From IMG/VR virus record IMGVR_UViG_3300042305_000730, positions 1 through 64,000 of that record: a DNA stretch of 64,000 nucleotides, one strand, 5' to 3'. Below, piece by piece: positions 36,041 through 43,810 of the stretch. This DNA is from a virus. The position numbers and the translations under genes are program-made. The notes beneath the pieces were generated by a model. The model ran no database searches and had not been told where the DNA came from. It saw nothing but the letters and a program-made list of their open reading frames with translations. The stretch's first letter is position 1; each line of letters opens with the position of its first letter.

Positions 36041-37330
36041 TTAGAACAACCTGATAGACAGGCTGCCATCCTTTCCTCTTATGACACCTGGTCTACTGTT
36101 CTTATTTTCTTCTTTTATTTCTCTTTGCCTTACTGCAACATGATCCATGCGTTTTACGTTTACGCTCTTAGGTAATGGTGGTGCAGTTGGGGCAAGTTTT
36201 TCATAACCAGGAAGGGTGCTTTGCGTCTTTGGTGGCAGTGGTGCAGTGTAATGGGCGTGTACAGCCTGAGAATACTCTCCAACATCACCAAGACCTAATT
36301 GTTTTAAACCTTCACGGACATGGGGATGGTTCTCCACCATTTGACCTAAATACAGATGTCGGGCAGTAGTTGCGTACTTTGAGTTTTTTGCTGCTAACTT
36401 GCCAGTCTTTTCTTCTATATTTTGCCTTAAAGGCGCTAAGTGCTTGTCGGCAAGGGCATCCATATCTGGCAAAGACTCAATACCAGCCTTTCCATGCATA
36501 GCAACATGCAACCTAGTTGCTGCGTACAATGCTTGTTCGTGCCGATCTCTCCACCCTTTAAAGTTTACGCCGTAACCACCACCAGTTTTCTTAAGATCTA
36601 AAACCCGTTCATCATTTTCAATAGGGTTTAGGTAGCGCTCGTTTACCTCGTCACCACTCTCAAAATCCGTTGTTGTTCCAAACCTATCCTTATACCCATC
36701 TGCAACACCCTCAAACACAGGAGAGGTTACTACCTTACCTTTAGTAGTTGATTTGGCAGTTTCTATTTCTCGGTACCCAAGCCTTTTACCATTATATTGT
36801 GTTGTTCTAGCGCCTTGAGCACTTAGGTGATCTTGGTCTTCTTTATGACCCCATTCGTGGGTAAATGTGTTTCCTAGGTCGTGATGTGATGCAGGGTCAC
36901 CATGTACGTTATATGCGTTCATTACTATTTTGTTATCCCCAGCACTGTACTGTCCAGCCCGTTTAGTGGATCGCAGTCCTTCAACTCTAATTGGGTTTTT
37001 TTCCAACATAGTTTTTGAAATGTTAGTGGATGCTATTGCTTGAGGTATATCCTTCTTTACAACCCCATATACAGAATATCTATGTAAGTTACCTATATCT
37101 GATGAGCCAATACTTGTTGCTTGTCTAATATCTTGTTCTCGTTGCTTAGATCCATACAGTGGATCATTACGAGACTGTGTTGCGGTATCTGGGTGGAAAA
37201 GTAAACCTTGTGGGTTTTTGGAGCGTGGCGTTCCACCAGACCCTCCATAAGAGTGCGTATCTTCGTAAGGGGTTGTTTTGTCATCACCTTCAAAGTAAGT
37301 ATTATTAAACTGTTCTCCAAGGTTAGGCAT
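36041..37330 (-). CDS. Zn metallopeptidase-like protein (HExxH)
   Basis: AGQY, FTHEWGH, downstream FEGVAD. N-terminus MPNLGEQF. TATAAT a few nt before the ATG. Confidence 0.65.
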   Translation of the reverse strand: MPNLGEQFNNTYFEGDDKTTPYEDTHSYGGSGGTPRSKNPQGLLFHPDTATQSRNDPLYGSKQREQDIRQATSIGSSDIGNLHRYSVYGVVKKDIPQAIASTNISKTMLEKNPIRVEGLRSTKRAGQYSAGDNKIVMNAYNVHGDPASHHDLGNTFTHEWGHKEDQDHLSAQGARTTQYNGKRLGYREIETAKSTTKGKVVTSPVFEGVADGYKDRFGTTTDFESGDEVNERYLNPIENDERVLDLKKTGGGYGVNFKGWRDRHEQALYAATRLHVAMHGKAGIESLPDMDALADKHLAPLRQNIEEKTGKLAAKNSKYATTARHLYLGQMVENHPHVREGLKQLGLGDVGEYSQAVHAHYTAPLPPKTQSTLPGYEKLAPTAPPLPKSVNVKRMDHVAVRQREIKEENKNSRPGVIRGKDGSLSIRLF

Positions 37331-37347
37331 AGGTTAATTATAAACCA

Positions 37348-37521
37348 TTATCCACCGTTAGAGTAAAAACCCCTACCTACAAGGTTTACTGCTGGAGAAA
37401 AGTAAACAGGGCGCAATCTTTCATTACAGTCAGGACACAAGATTGTTCTTTGCTCATCGTAGATACTACGGGTTTCTTCGTGCCGATGGTCGTTTGAACA
37501 CTTGTAGGCGTATGTGGGCAT
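37348..37521 (-). CDS. FmdB-family zinc-ribbon protein (57 aa)
   Basis: Manual translation MPTYAYKCSNDHRHEETRSIYDEQRTILCPDCNERLRPVYFSPAVNLVGRGFYSNGG. Confidence 0.8.
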   Translation of the reverse strand: MPTYAYKCSNDHRHEETRSIYDEQRTILCPDCNERLRPVYFSPAVNLVGRGFYSNGG

Positions 37522-37523
37522 AG

Positions 37524-38099
37524 TTATAAGCCTAACTCTTCTTTTGCCTCAGCGTGATACCCGCCCCCATCTCGTTCTTCTGCCCCAGGGTCAGTATTGA
37601 ACTGTTGAGTACTTATATACTGAACATGCCCTGATGTTACTAACTGGTGTGGAATTACATAAGAAGTAGAGCCTGGGTCTTCCCAACGATTTCTATACTT
37701 GTTAATACTGGTTTTGCTATTTTCCTTTACCCGCATGTTTTCTTGATAATCCTTGGGCGGTTTAGGTGCGTTGTCGCTGTATCCCTCTTCGTGTGGGTCT
37801 TCAAAAGTCATCATTGACGGGCGTTTATTAATTTGGTAAGTGTGCATATATGTTGTGAAATCAGGACCGTTATTATCTTCTTGTATTCCCTCTTCAGTCA
37901 TTTGACTGTAATACTGTTTTTCATGGGCATGCTGCATCATTAATGATCGGTCTAAAGCGGCATTTATTGTCCCAGCGTGAAACCCACTCTTTTTATAACC
38001 TTTTCTGAAAGGCTCAGCATGACTGGCAAGCACATGTGGGGGTGTTGGGTTATTACTAGCGTGATACACCGTAATGTTAGTTGGATCTTTCCTAGACAT
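37524..38099 (-). CDS. ADP-ribosyltransferase-like protein
   Basis: ITVYHAS, GFHAGT..AA.DR, Y.N..ED.GS.SYVI. Confidence 0.45.
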   Translation of the reverse strand: MSRKDPTNITVYHASNNPTPPHVLASHAEPFRKGYKKSGFHAGTINAALDRSLMMQHAHEKQYYSQMTEEGIQEDNNGPDFTTYMHTYQINKRPSMMTFEDPHEEGYSDNAPKPPKDYQENMRVKENSKTSINKYRNRWEDPGSTSYVIPHQLVTSGHVQYISTQQFNTDPGAEERDGGGYHAEAKEELGL

Positions 38100-38620
38100 T
38101 ATTTAAACCCCTTTAAGTTCTTTCTTGCTCTGTGTTTTCCTTTGCTACCAAGTCCAGGTGCAGGTGCGGCAACCTTTCTGCTCCCTTGATCAAAAAATAC
38201 TTCACCCTCACCCTCATGACCTATTCCGATGATGTGTTCCCGAGGAACTAGGTAGATGTGGAGTTTGTTGTCTTGACCGTAGTGGTGGATGCCAAACTCT
38301 TCTTTATTTGGATTATTGCCCGTCCACTCAGGATATATAGAACCACTTCGTATTTTGGCACTTTTAGGAACACCACCTCTGTGGGTTACTTGAACCTGAT
38401 CAGGAAGGTTAACTTCATTCTTTAGATGCTGTTGCAGGTTTTGGTAGGGTTCACCACTCCTGTCTTTTGCTTCGTGTAAGTACTCTTTAGGCCACTTAGT
38501 AGTGCCATGTGACCATTGCTCTATATCACTCTCATAATCAGTACCTTCAAAGTATGGGGCATGTCCCTTTTCCCAACTTTCAGAAAACTGATCCCAATTA
38601 ATACCTTCGTGTGCAGCCAT
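38099..38620 (-). CDS. ADP-ribosyltransferase-like protein (R-S-ExE type)
   Basis: VTHRGG, RSGS, HIYLVPREHI...EGEGEVF. N-terminus MAAHEGINWDQF, K/R-rich tail. Confidence 0.55.
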   Translation of the reverse strand: MAAHEGINWDQFSESWEKGHAPYFEGTDYESDIEQWSHGTTKWPKEYLHEAKDRSGEPYQNLQQHLKNEVNLPDQVQVTHRGGVPKSAKIRSGSIYPEWTGNNPNKEEFGIHHYGQDNKLHIYLVPREHIIGIGHEGEGEVFFDQGSRKVAAPAPGLGSKGKHRARKNLKGFK

Positions 38621-39282
38621 TACATGCCTGGGAGTCGTGGTTGATCGTAATATTCTTTAGGTGCTGGCTGCTTTGCAGGGCGGAGCATCTGTTTAAGGAA
38701 CTGCTTGCCTGCCATAACTTCTTTTTGAGGAATATAACCTTCATAAGCACCAGCCATGTCCAATATTTGTTTTGGATTACGCATAATCACGGGTGCTATA
38801 TCTTCTGGTTCAGGTTCTTCAGTCCGTTCAGCATCTGTCAACATGTCAGGGTTAGACCCGTGTGGGACTGCTATACCTTTATTGACAGCAGTTTTAGACA
38901 GTGCGCTGCTAAATTTAGTTAAAGACGAGCCTGTTACCATCTGTGCATGTGGGTGGTCTTGTTGGGCTAGTGCCATGACCGTCATCATGTGGGGGCGAAC
39001 ACGCTTGTCTGCTCGCATACTGTCAACCGTAAGGGTTTCAGGAGTTCCGTAAAACAACTCGGTTGGGTACTTATGTGATTCAGATAGTCGGGTTGGGTAA
39101 CCATCTTCACCAAAATTAGGGTATTCCTGTGCTTTTTGATAAGTAAACTTTGCTTCACCTACTGGATGTATAGGCTTTTCATTGTCAAGGCTTGAATAAC
39201 TTCCTTCAGTACCAACAACACCATATATCCTGCGGCGCTTTGCATAACTGTCGTCAGGTACGTTTTTATAGTACTGAGCCAT
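38620..39282 (-). CDS. Hypothetical protein (possibly degenerate GNAT-like)
   Basis: 220 aa, TAATG-coupled. C-terminal DQPRLPGM. Confidence 0.45.
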   Translation of the reverse strand: MAQYYKNVPDDSYAKRRRIYGVVGTEGSYSSLDNEKPIHPVGEAKFTYQKAQEYPNFGEDGYPTRLSESHKYPTELFYGTPETLTVDSMRADKRVRPHMMTVMALAQQDHPHAQMVTGSSLTKFSSALSKTAVNKGIAVPHGSNPDMLTDAERTEEPEPEDIAPVIMRNPKQILDMAGAYEGYIPQKEVMAGKQFLKQMLRPAKQPAPKEYYDQPRLPGM

Positions 39283-39461
39283 TACTTATCCTTCTTCTTT
39301 GCTTTACGCTTCTCTAGAAGGTATTGTGGGTCACGCTTGGTAAACCCTGCGCTTTGATGGAGTTCGTCAATAGTAATAGGCTCACCGTCTATCCAGGTAT
39401 GCCCTTTAGGGTTGGTGTTAGATTTCCAACGGAATTGGGGGCTTTCGTGCCTAGGGTCCAT
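39282..39461 (-). CDS. Small tagged basic protein (59 aa)
   Basis: Start re-assigned to MDPRHESPQF because of the TAATG overlap with the upstream stop. Confidence 0.55.
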   Translation of the reverse strand: MDPRHESPQFRWKSNTNPKGHTWIDGEPITIDELHQSAGFTKRDPQYLLEKRKAKKKDK

Positions 39462-39829
39462 TAATCTATTTTCCTTTCTGGGTGCTTCATTCCAGGTTTC
39501 CAACCCATACCCTCGGCATACCCAATTACTTTAAAGCCCTTTTTGCTGTCAAAACTTTGCATAACGTTACCATCAGGCTTAATAAGGTCGGGGAATGCAT
39601 CGGCATCATCATGTTCCCAAGGTTCAATTTCTGACCAATCATGGGGAACGACCTTATGTAGATGCTCACCAAACTCACTGGCATAAGTAATGTCTTCTGT
39701 AGCGTGTACATCGTCATCCCCGTCTGCTTGGGGTACTACAGACCCACCTACAGGTATCTTATTTGGTGAACCGTGATACAAGTAAGGGCCAAATAGTTCT
39801 TCGTTGATGTGTGTATGCTTACGAGTCAT
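39461..39829 (-). CDS. Arr-like ADP-ribosyltransferase
   Basis: LYHGS....VG..V.P, VHATEDITYA..FG.H.H.V.P. N-terminus MTRKHTHINEELF. Confidence 0.55.
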   Translation of the reverse strand: MTRKHTHINEELFGPYLYHGSPNKIPVGGSVVPQADGDDDVHATEDITYASEFGEHLHKVVPHDWSEIEPWEHDDADAFPDLIKPDGNVMQSFDSKKGFKVIGYAEGMGWKPGMKHPERKID

Positions 39830-39832
39830 TAG

Positions 39833-40243
39833 TTAATCCTCATACTTAATAGCATGTCCTTGGTTTTTGTGAAAACTTTCCCAACGAGACACTGTATCTT
39901 CAGGCATTACCCCACCATCTGCATTAGATAGATTAGGAATACTTCCCGCCTTATCTAACATAAAGTCCATAGCAGCACCATGTGCTTCCCTTCGTGAACC
40001 AAAGTCTCGTGTTTGTGTACCACGCCCTACTAAACTAATTTCTTTTCTAGCAGGATTGTGCCACTCCCAACCATACTTACCAGTTTTTACTTGGGTTAAA
40101 GAATCTTGCACACGCTTGCCTTCTCCACGTTTATACATTTCTGTCATTGTGCTTTCAGACATGCCAGGAGCGCCATACGTAGCAACCTGCTCGTAGATAT
40201 GTGGTCGCCATTCATTAAATTGATACTCATTAAGTGGTTTCAT
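39833..40243 (-). CDS. Hypothetical tagged protein
   Basis: N-terminus MKPLNEYQF. CCATCTATACTTGAT immediately upstream. Confidence 0.6.
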   Translation of the reverse strand: MKPLNEYQFNEWRPHIYEQVATYGAPGMSESTMTEMYKRGEGKRVQDSLTQVKTGKYGWEWHNPARKEISLVGRGTQTRDFGSRREAHGAAMDFMLDKAGSIPNLSNADGGVMPEDTVSRWESFHKNQGHAIKYED

Positions 40244-40260
40244 GAATCAAGTATAGATGG

Positions 40261-40872
40261 TTATAAAGAAGTGTCTGGAGAAATAACTGTGTCAAATGGG
40301 TCAGACACATCTAACCCCTCTGGATACCAGATTTTAGTGTTTGTAATGTATTTAGGGCGTTCGTCTGTCAATTTAACAAAAGACTCGTCAAACACCAGCA
40401 TACGGTTACCAGGCCAAGCGCCCACACGACCACAGTCTAAACGCACAAAGTTAAAGTGTTTATGCTGATCAGGGGTTGAGGAATACATATCGTCATAGGG
40501 CGCAGCAGTAAACATATACCTACCTGTTTCCCAGACCCCTTCTTTCATATACACCTTCACGGCTAGTTCAGACAATGCACTGTATTCATGGGTAGTGAAA
40601 TCTTGCCCGTAACAACTCCATACCTGTAGGTGGTCTAAAGGGTGGTGGTGTTTAGCAGGCGTATAGAAAGTTAAAGCGTGAAGGGGGACATGTTGGACTA
40701 AAGCGCCGTTTTCTAGGAGTAGGGATACTCCCCATGCCCTATTAGGGATTGCAGACAGCCCATAGACTAAGCAGGCTGTATATTCCCCAAACCCTTTTTC
40801 AAAGTTATACAGAAACTCATTCTGCACATAACAGTAAAATGGTTTAGGAATGTCTGTAATGTGCTTTGCCAT
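40261..40872 (-). CDS. Conserved phage hypothetical protein
   Basis: CYV..EFLYN...G.GE...V.GL.AIP.RA...LENGA....PLHAL...LQ.W.C...HK......LD.G....P.NR. TATACT upstream. Confidence 0.6.
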   Translation of the reverse strand: MAKHITDIPKPFYCYVQNEFLYNFEKGFGEYTACLVYGLSAIPNRAWGVSLLLENGALVQHVPLHALTFYTPAKHHHPLDHLQVWSCYGQDFTTHEYSALSELAVKVYMKEGVWETGRYMFTAAPYDDMYSSTPDQHKHFNFVRLDCGRVGAWPGNRMLVFDESFVKLTDERPKYITNTKIWYPEGLDVSDPFDTVISPDTSL

Positions 40873-40879
40873 TTACATA

Positions 40880-40922
40880 AGTATATACGGACACATCAAC
40901 GGCGAACTTTTTCGTTTATACT
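40880..40922. promoter_or_regulatory. Divergent leaderless-type promoters
   Basis: TATACT 7 nt before the ATG of 40872 (minus) and TATACT 6 nt before the GTG of 40929 (plus). Confidence 0.55.
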
Positions 40923-40928
40923 AGACAA

Positions 40929-41438
40929 GTGCCAGCACGAGAGTACGTCAACAAGGGACAGTTCCCAGAGTCTAAATATCGTAATAAACTACTGTATCGT
41001 GCTGTTACCTTGCATGACCCTGAAATTACTGAGAGATTACACGCAGGAACTATTTCCGCCCCAGAAGTACTCAAACATCTAGGTTCCTCTACAGGAGTAG
41101 GAATGCATTGGGCTGGGGGCGGTCCAGACATGCTATACAGTAGTCGTATGCATGGTGCGGTAAACGACACCCCTGCCACTGTAGTTATGACTATTCACCA
41201 TAACGACCAAATGACCGACAACACTTGGCATGGTGAATTTAAAGGTCAAGGAGCCACCCTTGGTGAATACCATCCAACAGTACCAACACAGGCGATAATG
41301 CACAGCATGGCGGTAGACACTGGTGACCCTACCAAACCAATGCAGTGGGATAGTGACCCCCATTGGAGACCTCTTCCTGGCTCTGCTGGTCTAAAAATTG
41401 AAACATTTTACGATAGAAAACTAGATCGTAATGGGTAA
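40929..41438 (+). CDS. ADP-ribosyltransferase-like protein
   Basis: LLYRAV, GVGMHWA. N-terminus MPAREYVNKGQF. No clear ExE. Confidence 0.4.
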   Translation: MPAREYVNKGQFPESKYRNKLLYRAVTLHDPEITERLHAGTISAPEVLKHLGSSTGVGMHWAGGGPDMLYSSRMHGAVNDTPATVVMTIHHNDQMTDNTWHGEFKGQGATLGEYHPTVPTQAIMHSMAVDTGDPTKPMQWDSDPHWRPLPGSAGLKIETFYDRKLDRNG

Positions 41439-41727
41439 GCGACTCACTGCACAGCAGATCATGGATAACTACCAACCTGGGGATATTCTTAGGCATCAAG
41501 AACCTGAAGAGTTCTGGGGATACAAATTAGAAGAGGCCAAAACTAACAAAATATCTAAAGATAAGACTTTGTATCAAGATATTGAAGAACGTGGGCAGCA
41601 AAAACCAATCACCCTTGGCTATAAAGGGCTTGGTGCTCCTTCTATCTTGGATGGTCACCACCGTTTAGCAGCATTACACCACATGAACCCTAACCAGTTT
41701 GTTAAGTACCGAAGGGTAACCCCGTAA
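41431..41727 (+). CDS. ParB/Sulfiredoxin-like domain protein
   Basis: I...GQQKPI.L.......ILDGHHRLAA. C-terminal HHMNPNQF. Confidence 0.75.
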   Translation: MGKRLTAQQIMDNYQPGDILRHQEPEEFWGYKLEEAKTNKISKDKTLYQDIEERGQQKPITLGYKGLGAPSILDGHHRLAALHHMNPNQFVKYRRVTP

Positions 41728-42074
41728 TGCCAGCACATGAAAGCCTGAGTAACTACCAATTTCGCTACCGCCCTGCCAAAATGAAGGCATTCCAGCATGA
41801 AGTCGCTGCTGTGGATAAAAAAACAGGTAAAAACGTAGGTTACCTACTCTGGAGGAACAGTGGCTCAGTAGATGAAGTGTATGTAAGTGAGCCAAAGCGT
41901 CGTATGGGCATGGCTACCGAAATGTGGAATCATGCAAATCGGGTGGCAGATGCTGCAAAAGGCAATGTTCCGCACCCAGAACACTCTTCATCCCGTACCG
42001 ACGCAGGCGATGCTTGGGCGAAATCTGTAGGTGGATACATTCCACCGAACACCATGGACAAGGAAAAACGATAA
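41727..42074 (+). CDS. GNAT acetyltransferase
   Basis: VG.L.W, VYV....RRMGMAT.M, HS..RTDAGDAWA. N-terminus MPAHESLSNYQF. Confidence 0.8.
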   Translation: MPAHESLSNYQFRYRPAKMKAFQHEVAAVDKKTGKNVGYLLWRNSGSVDEVYVSEPKRRMGMATEMWNHANRVADAAKGNVPHPEHSSSRTDAGDAWAKSVGGYIPPNTMDKEKR

Positions 42075-42520
42075 TGGCTGCACACGAACACTTAAACCCT
42101 GAGCAAGTTAGGGCTATAGCAGAAGCACATGGTGATAAGTATTTTGCCAACTACAAAGACCCAGTAAAACGTGATCGTGGTTGTTGCTATGACTATTCTG
42201 AGCATTTCGGTGAGTTTGGTAATGTAAAAGGAACAAAGATTAAACCATATGAAACTGAGCAAGATGGCGAAGCACATGCAATTAACGTTGTCCCAACCAG
42301 TCAAGGCCCTCACGCAGTAGATTTTACATACCTACAATTTGATAAAACAGCAAAAATGCCACATTTTGAACCATTACATGAATATACTGCACGTTTTAAG
42401 AACAGATTCCCAAAAATGATTGAGTATCCACTACAAACTCCTTCAGGATCTGTAGAACACTTCTACCCAGACATGAATTGGGAATATAAAGGCCCAACTA
42501 ACGAGCACGGCAATTGGTAA
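42074..42520 (+). CDS. Papain/transglutaminase-fold Cys enzyme (C-H-D)
   Basis: Start re-assigned to MAAHEHLNPEQV (TAATG). RGCCYDYS, AHAINV, AVDFTYLQF. Confidence 0.55.
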   Translation: MAAHEHLNPEQVRAIAEAHGDKYFANYKDPVKRDRGCCYDYSEHFGEFGNVKGTKIKPYETEQDGEAHAINVVPTSQGPHAVDFTYLQFDKTAKMPHFEPLHEYTARFKNRFPKMIEYPLQTPSGSVEHFYPDMNWEYKGPTNEHGNW

Positions 42521-42573
42521 TTGCCCTTTAGACGGCAAATTTTTCACCACCCAAATAGCCCTATACTTGATAA

Positions 42574-42879
42574 ATGCCTGAGTACACCTTTCAGTACGGC
42601 CCGTCTGACGAAGATGTGCCACATGAAGTCATTGCGAAAGAGGATAACAAAGTTGTAGGTCGTTTATCGTGGCACCCACAGATTGAAAATGTCTTTGTTG
42701 AAGAAAACCACCGTAGGAAAGGTATCGCTACAGGAATGTACCGTCATGCCCAGCACATTTCTACCCAATTTGACGATGTAGCACCGCCCCAACATAATCC
42801 AATTCGCACTGTAGAAGGCGACGCTTGGGCTAAATCTACGGGTGACACACTTCCTCCACGTATTACCCCACGTAAGTAA
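42574..42879 (+). CDS. GNAT acetyltransferase
   Basis: VGRLSW, VFV...HRRKGIATGM, RTVEGDAWA. CTATACTTGATAA upstream. Confidence 0.8.
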   Translation: MPEYTFQYGPSDEDVPHEVIAKEDNKVVGRLSWHPQIENVFVEENHRRKGIATGMYRHAQHISTQFDDVAPPQHNPIRTVEGDAWAKSTGDTLPPRITPRK

Positions 42880-42896
42880 CCATCTATACTTGATAA

Positions 42897-43202
42897 ATGG
42901 CAGCCTCAGACCATCTTCACCCTACGTTATTCCATGGGTCTAGACAACAATTTAAGCCAGGGGACACTATCCAGCCCGTTACTGAGGCAACCTACAAAGA
43001 ACGAGGCTATTCCACCCCAATGCCTGCCTTTGCCACTGAGAATCTGAATCGGGCGAGGGCCTTTGGGCATGTCTATGAGGTAGAGCCTCATGACTGGAGA
43101 GATGTAGAATGGGAAGAAGACGAGGGCGAGGGCGCTGAAGAAGGCGACTACGCAGCACTAAGTCATACCAAAGGCTACAAAGTCATACGTAAGGTGAAAT
43201 AA
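42897..43202 (+). CDS. Arr-like ADP-ribosyltransferase
   Basis: LFHGS...FKPGD.I.P, AFAT.....A..FG.VYEVEP. N-terminus MAASDHLHPTLF. Confidence 0.65.
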   Translation: MAASDHLHPTLFHGSRQQFKPGDTIQPVTEATYKERGYSTPMPAFATENLNRARAFGHVYEVEPHDWRDVEWEEDEGEGAEEGDYAALSHTKGYKVIRKVK

Positions 43203-43546
43203 TGCCTAAACCAATCAAATATCAGTACGATGAGGGTGGACCTGATGTTGATCACCGTATTAATGCAAGGCAAGGACACTCTACCGTAGGGTTTTTGGCG
43301 TGGCAGGGTAATACTACAGATAAATACAACCATGTTCACGCCGTATATGTGCGACCAGATATGCAGCGAAAGGGTATTGCAACCAAGATGTGGAAGCATG
43401 CTCATTACATTTCTGAACAATTTGAGTCAGTAGCACCACCAAGACACTCTCCAACCCGTACTAATGATGGTGACGCTTGGGCGAGGGCCGTTGGGGGAGA
43501 CATACCACCAAAAAAAGGAACACTGCCCATGACTTGGGAGTTGTAG
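43202..43546 (+). CDS. GNAT acetyltransferase
   Basis: VGFLAW, VYVRPDMQRKGIATKM, HSPTRTNDGDAWA. Confidence 0.8.
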   Translation: MPKPIKYQYDEGGPDVDHRINARQGHSTVGFLAWQGNTTDKYNHVHAVYVRPDMQRKGIATKMWKHAHYISEQFESVAPPRHSPTRTNDGDAWARAVGGDIPPKKGTLPMTWEL

Positions 43547-43649
43547 AGCCAAATTTAGGTCTACGTTAGGGCAAAATGGTGTGTGTGCAATTTTTTGGGA
43601 TGGGTCTATCTGGTGGGTTGATGCTTAGTGGGGGGTGGGCCCTCCTCCC

Positions 43650-43810
43650 CACGCAACCCTCAACCTCTACTTAAGGGTGGGGGGTCTACCCTCAACCCTC
43701 AACCCTCACTAGAGAGTTCACCCATCAACCCTCTACCTATACTGTAGGGTTAGTGGATGGTTGAGACTTTGGGCGAATCCCTTGTGTCATATGGGCACAA
43801 CCCTCAATGG
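43650..43810. repeat. Cluster of short (C)AACCCTC direct repeats and imperfect palindromes
   Basis: caaccctcaacctctacttaagggt, accctcaaccctcaaccctcactagagagtt, caaccctctacctatactgtagggtt, caaccctcaa in a non-coding convergent junction. Confidence 0.65.

Noticed and set aside
39461-43202. Rifampin-resistance (arr) genes
   Set aside because: Only the minimal ART-fold motifs match. The short length and context point to phage effectors rather than resistance genes.
35015-43546. Toxin-antitoxin or polymorphic toxin-immunity locus
   Set aside because: No recognisable antitoxin or immunity genes alternate with the enzymes. This is not fully excluded for the small unknown ORFs.
43650-43810. CRISPR array
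   Set aside because: Repeats are 6-10 bp and irregularly spaced, with no constant-length spacers and no cas genes.
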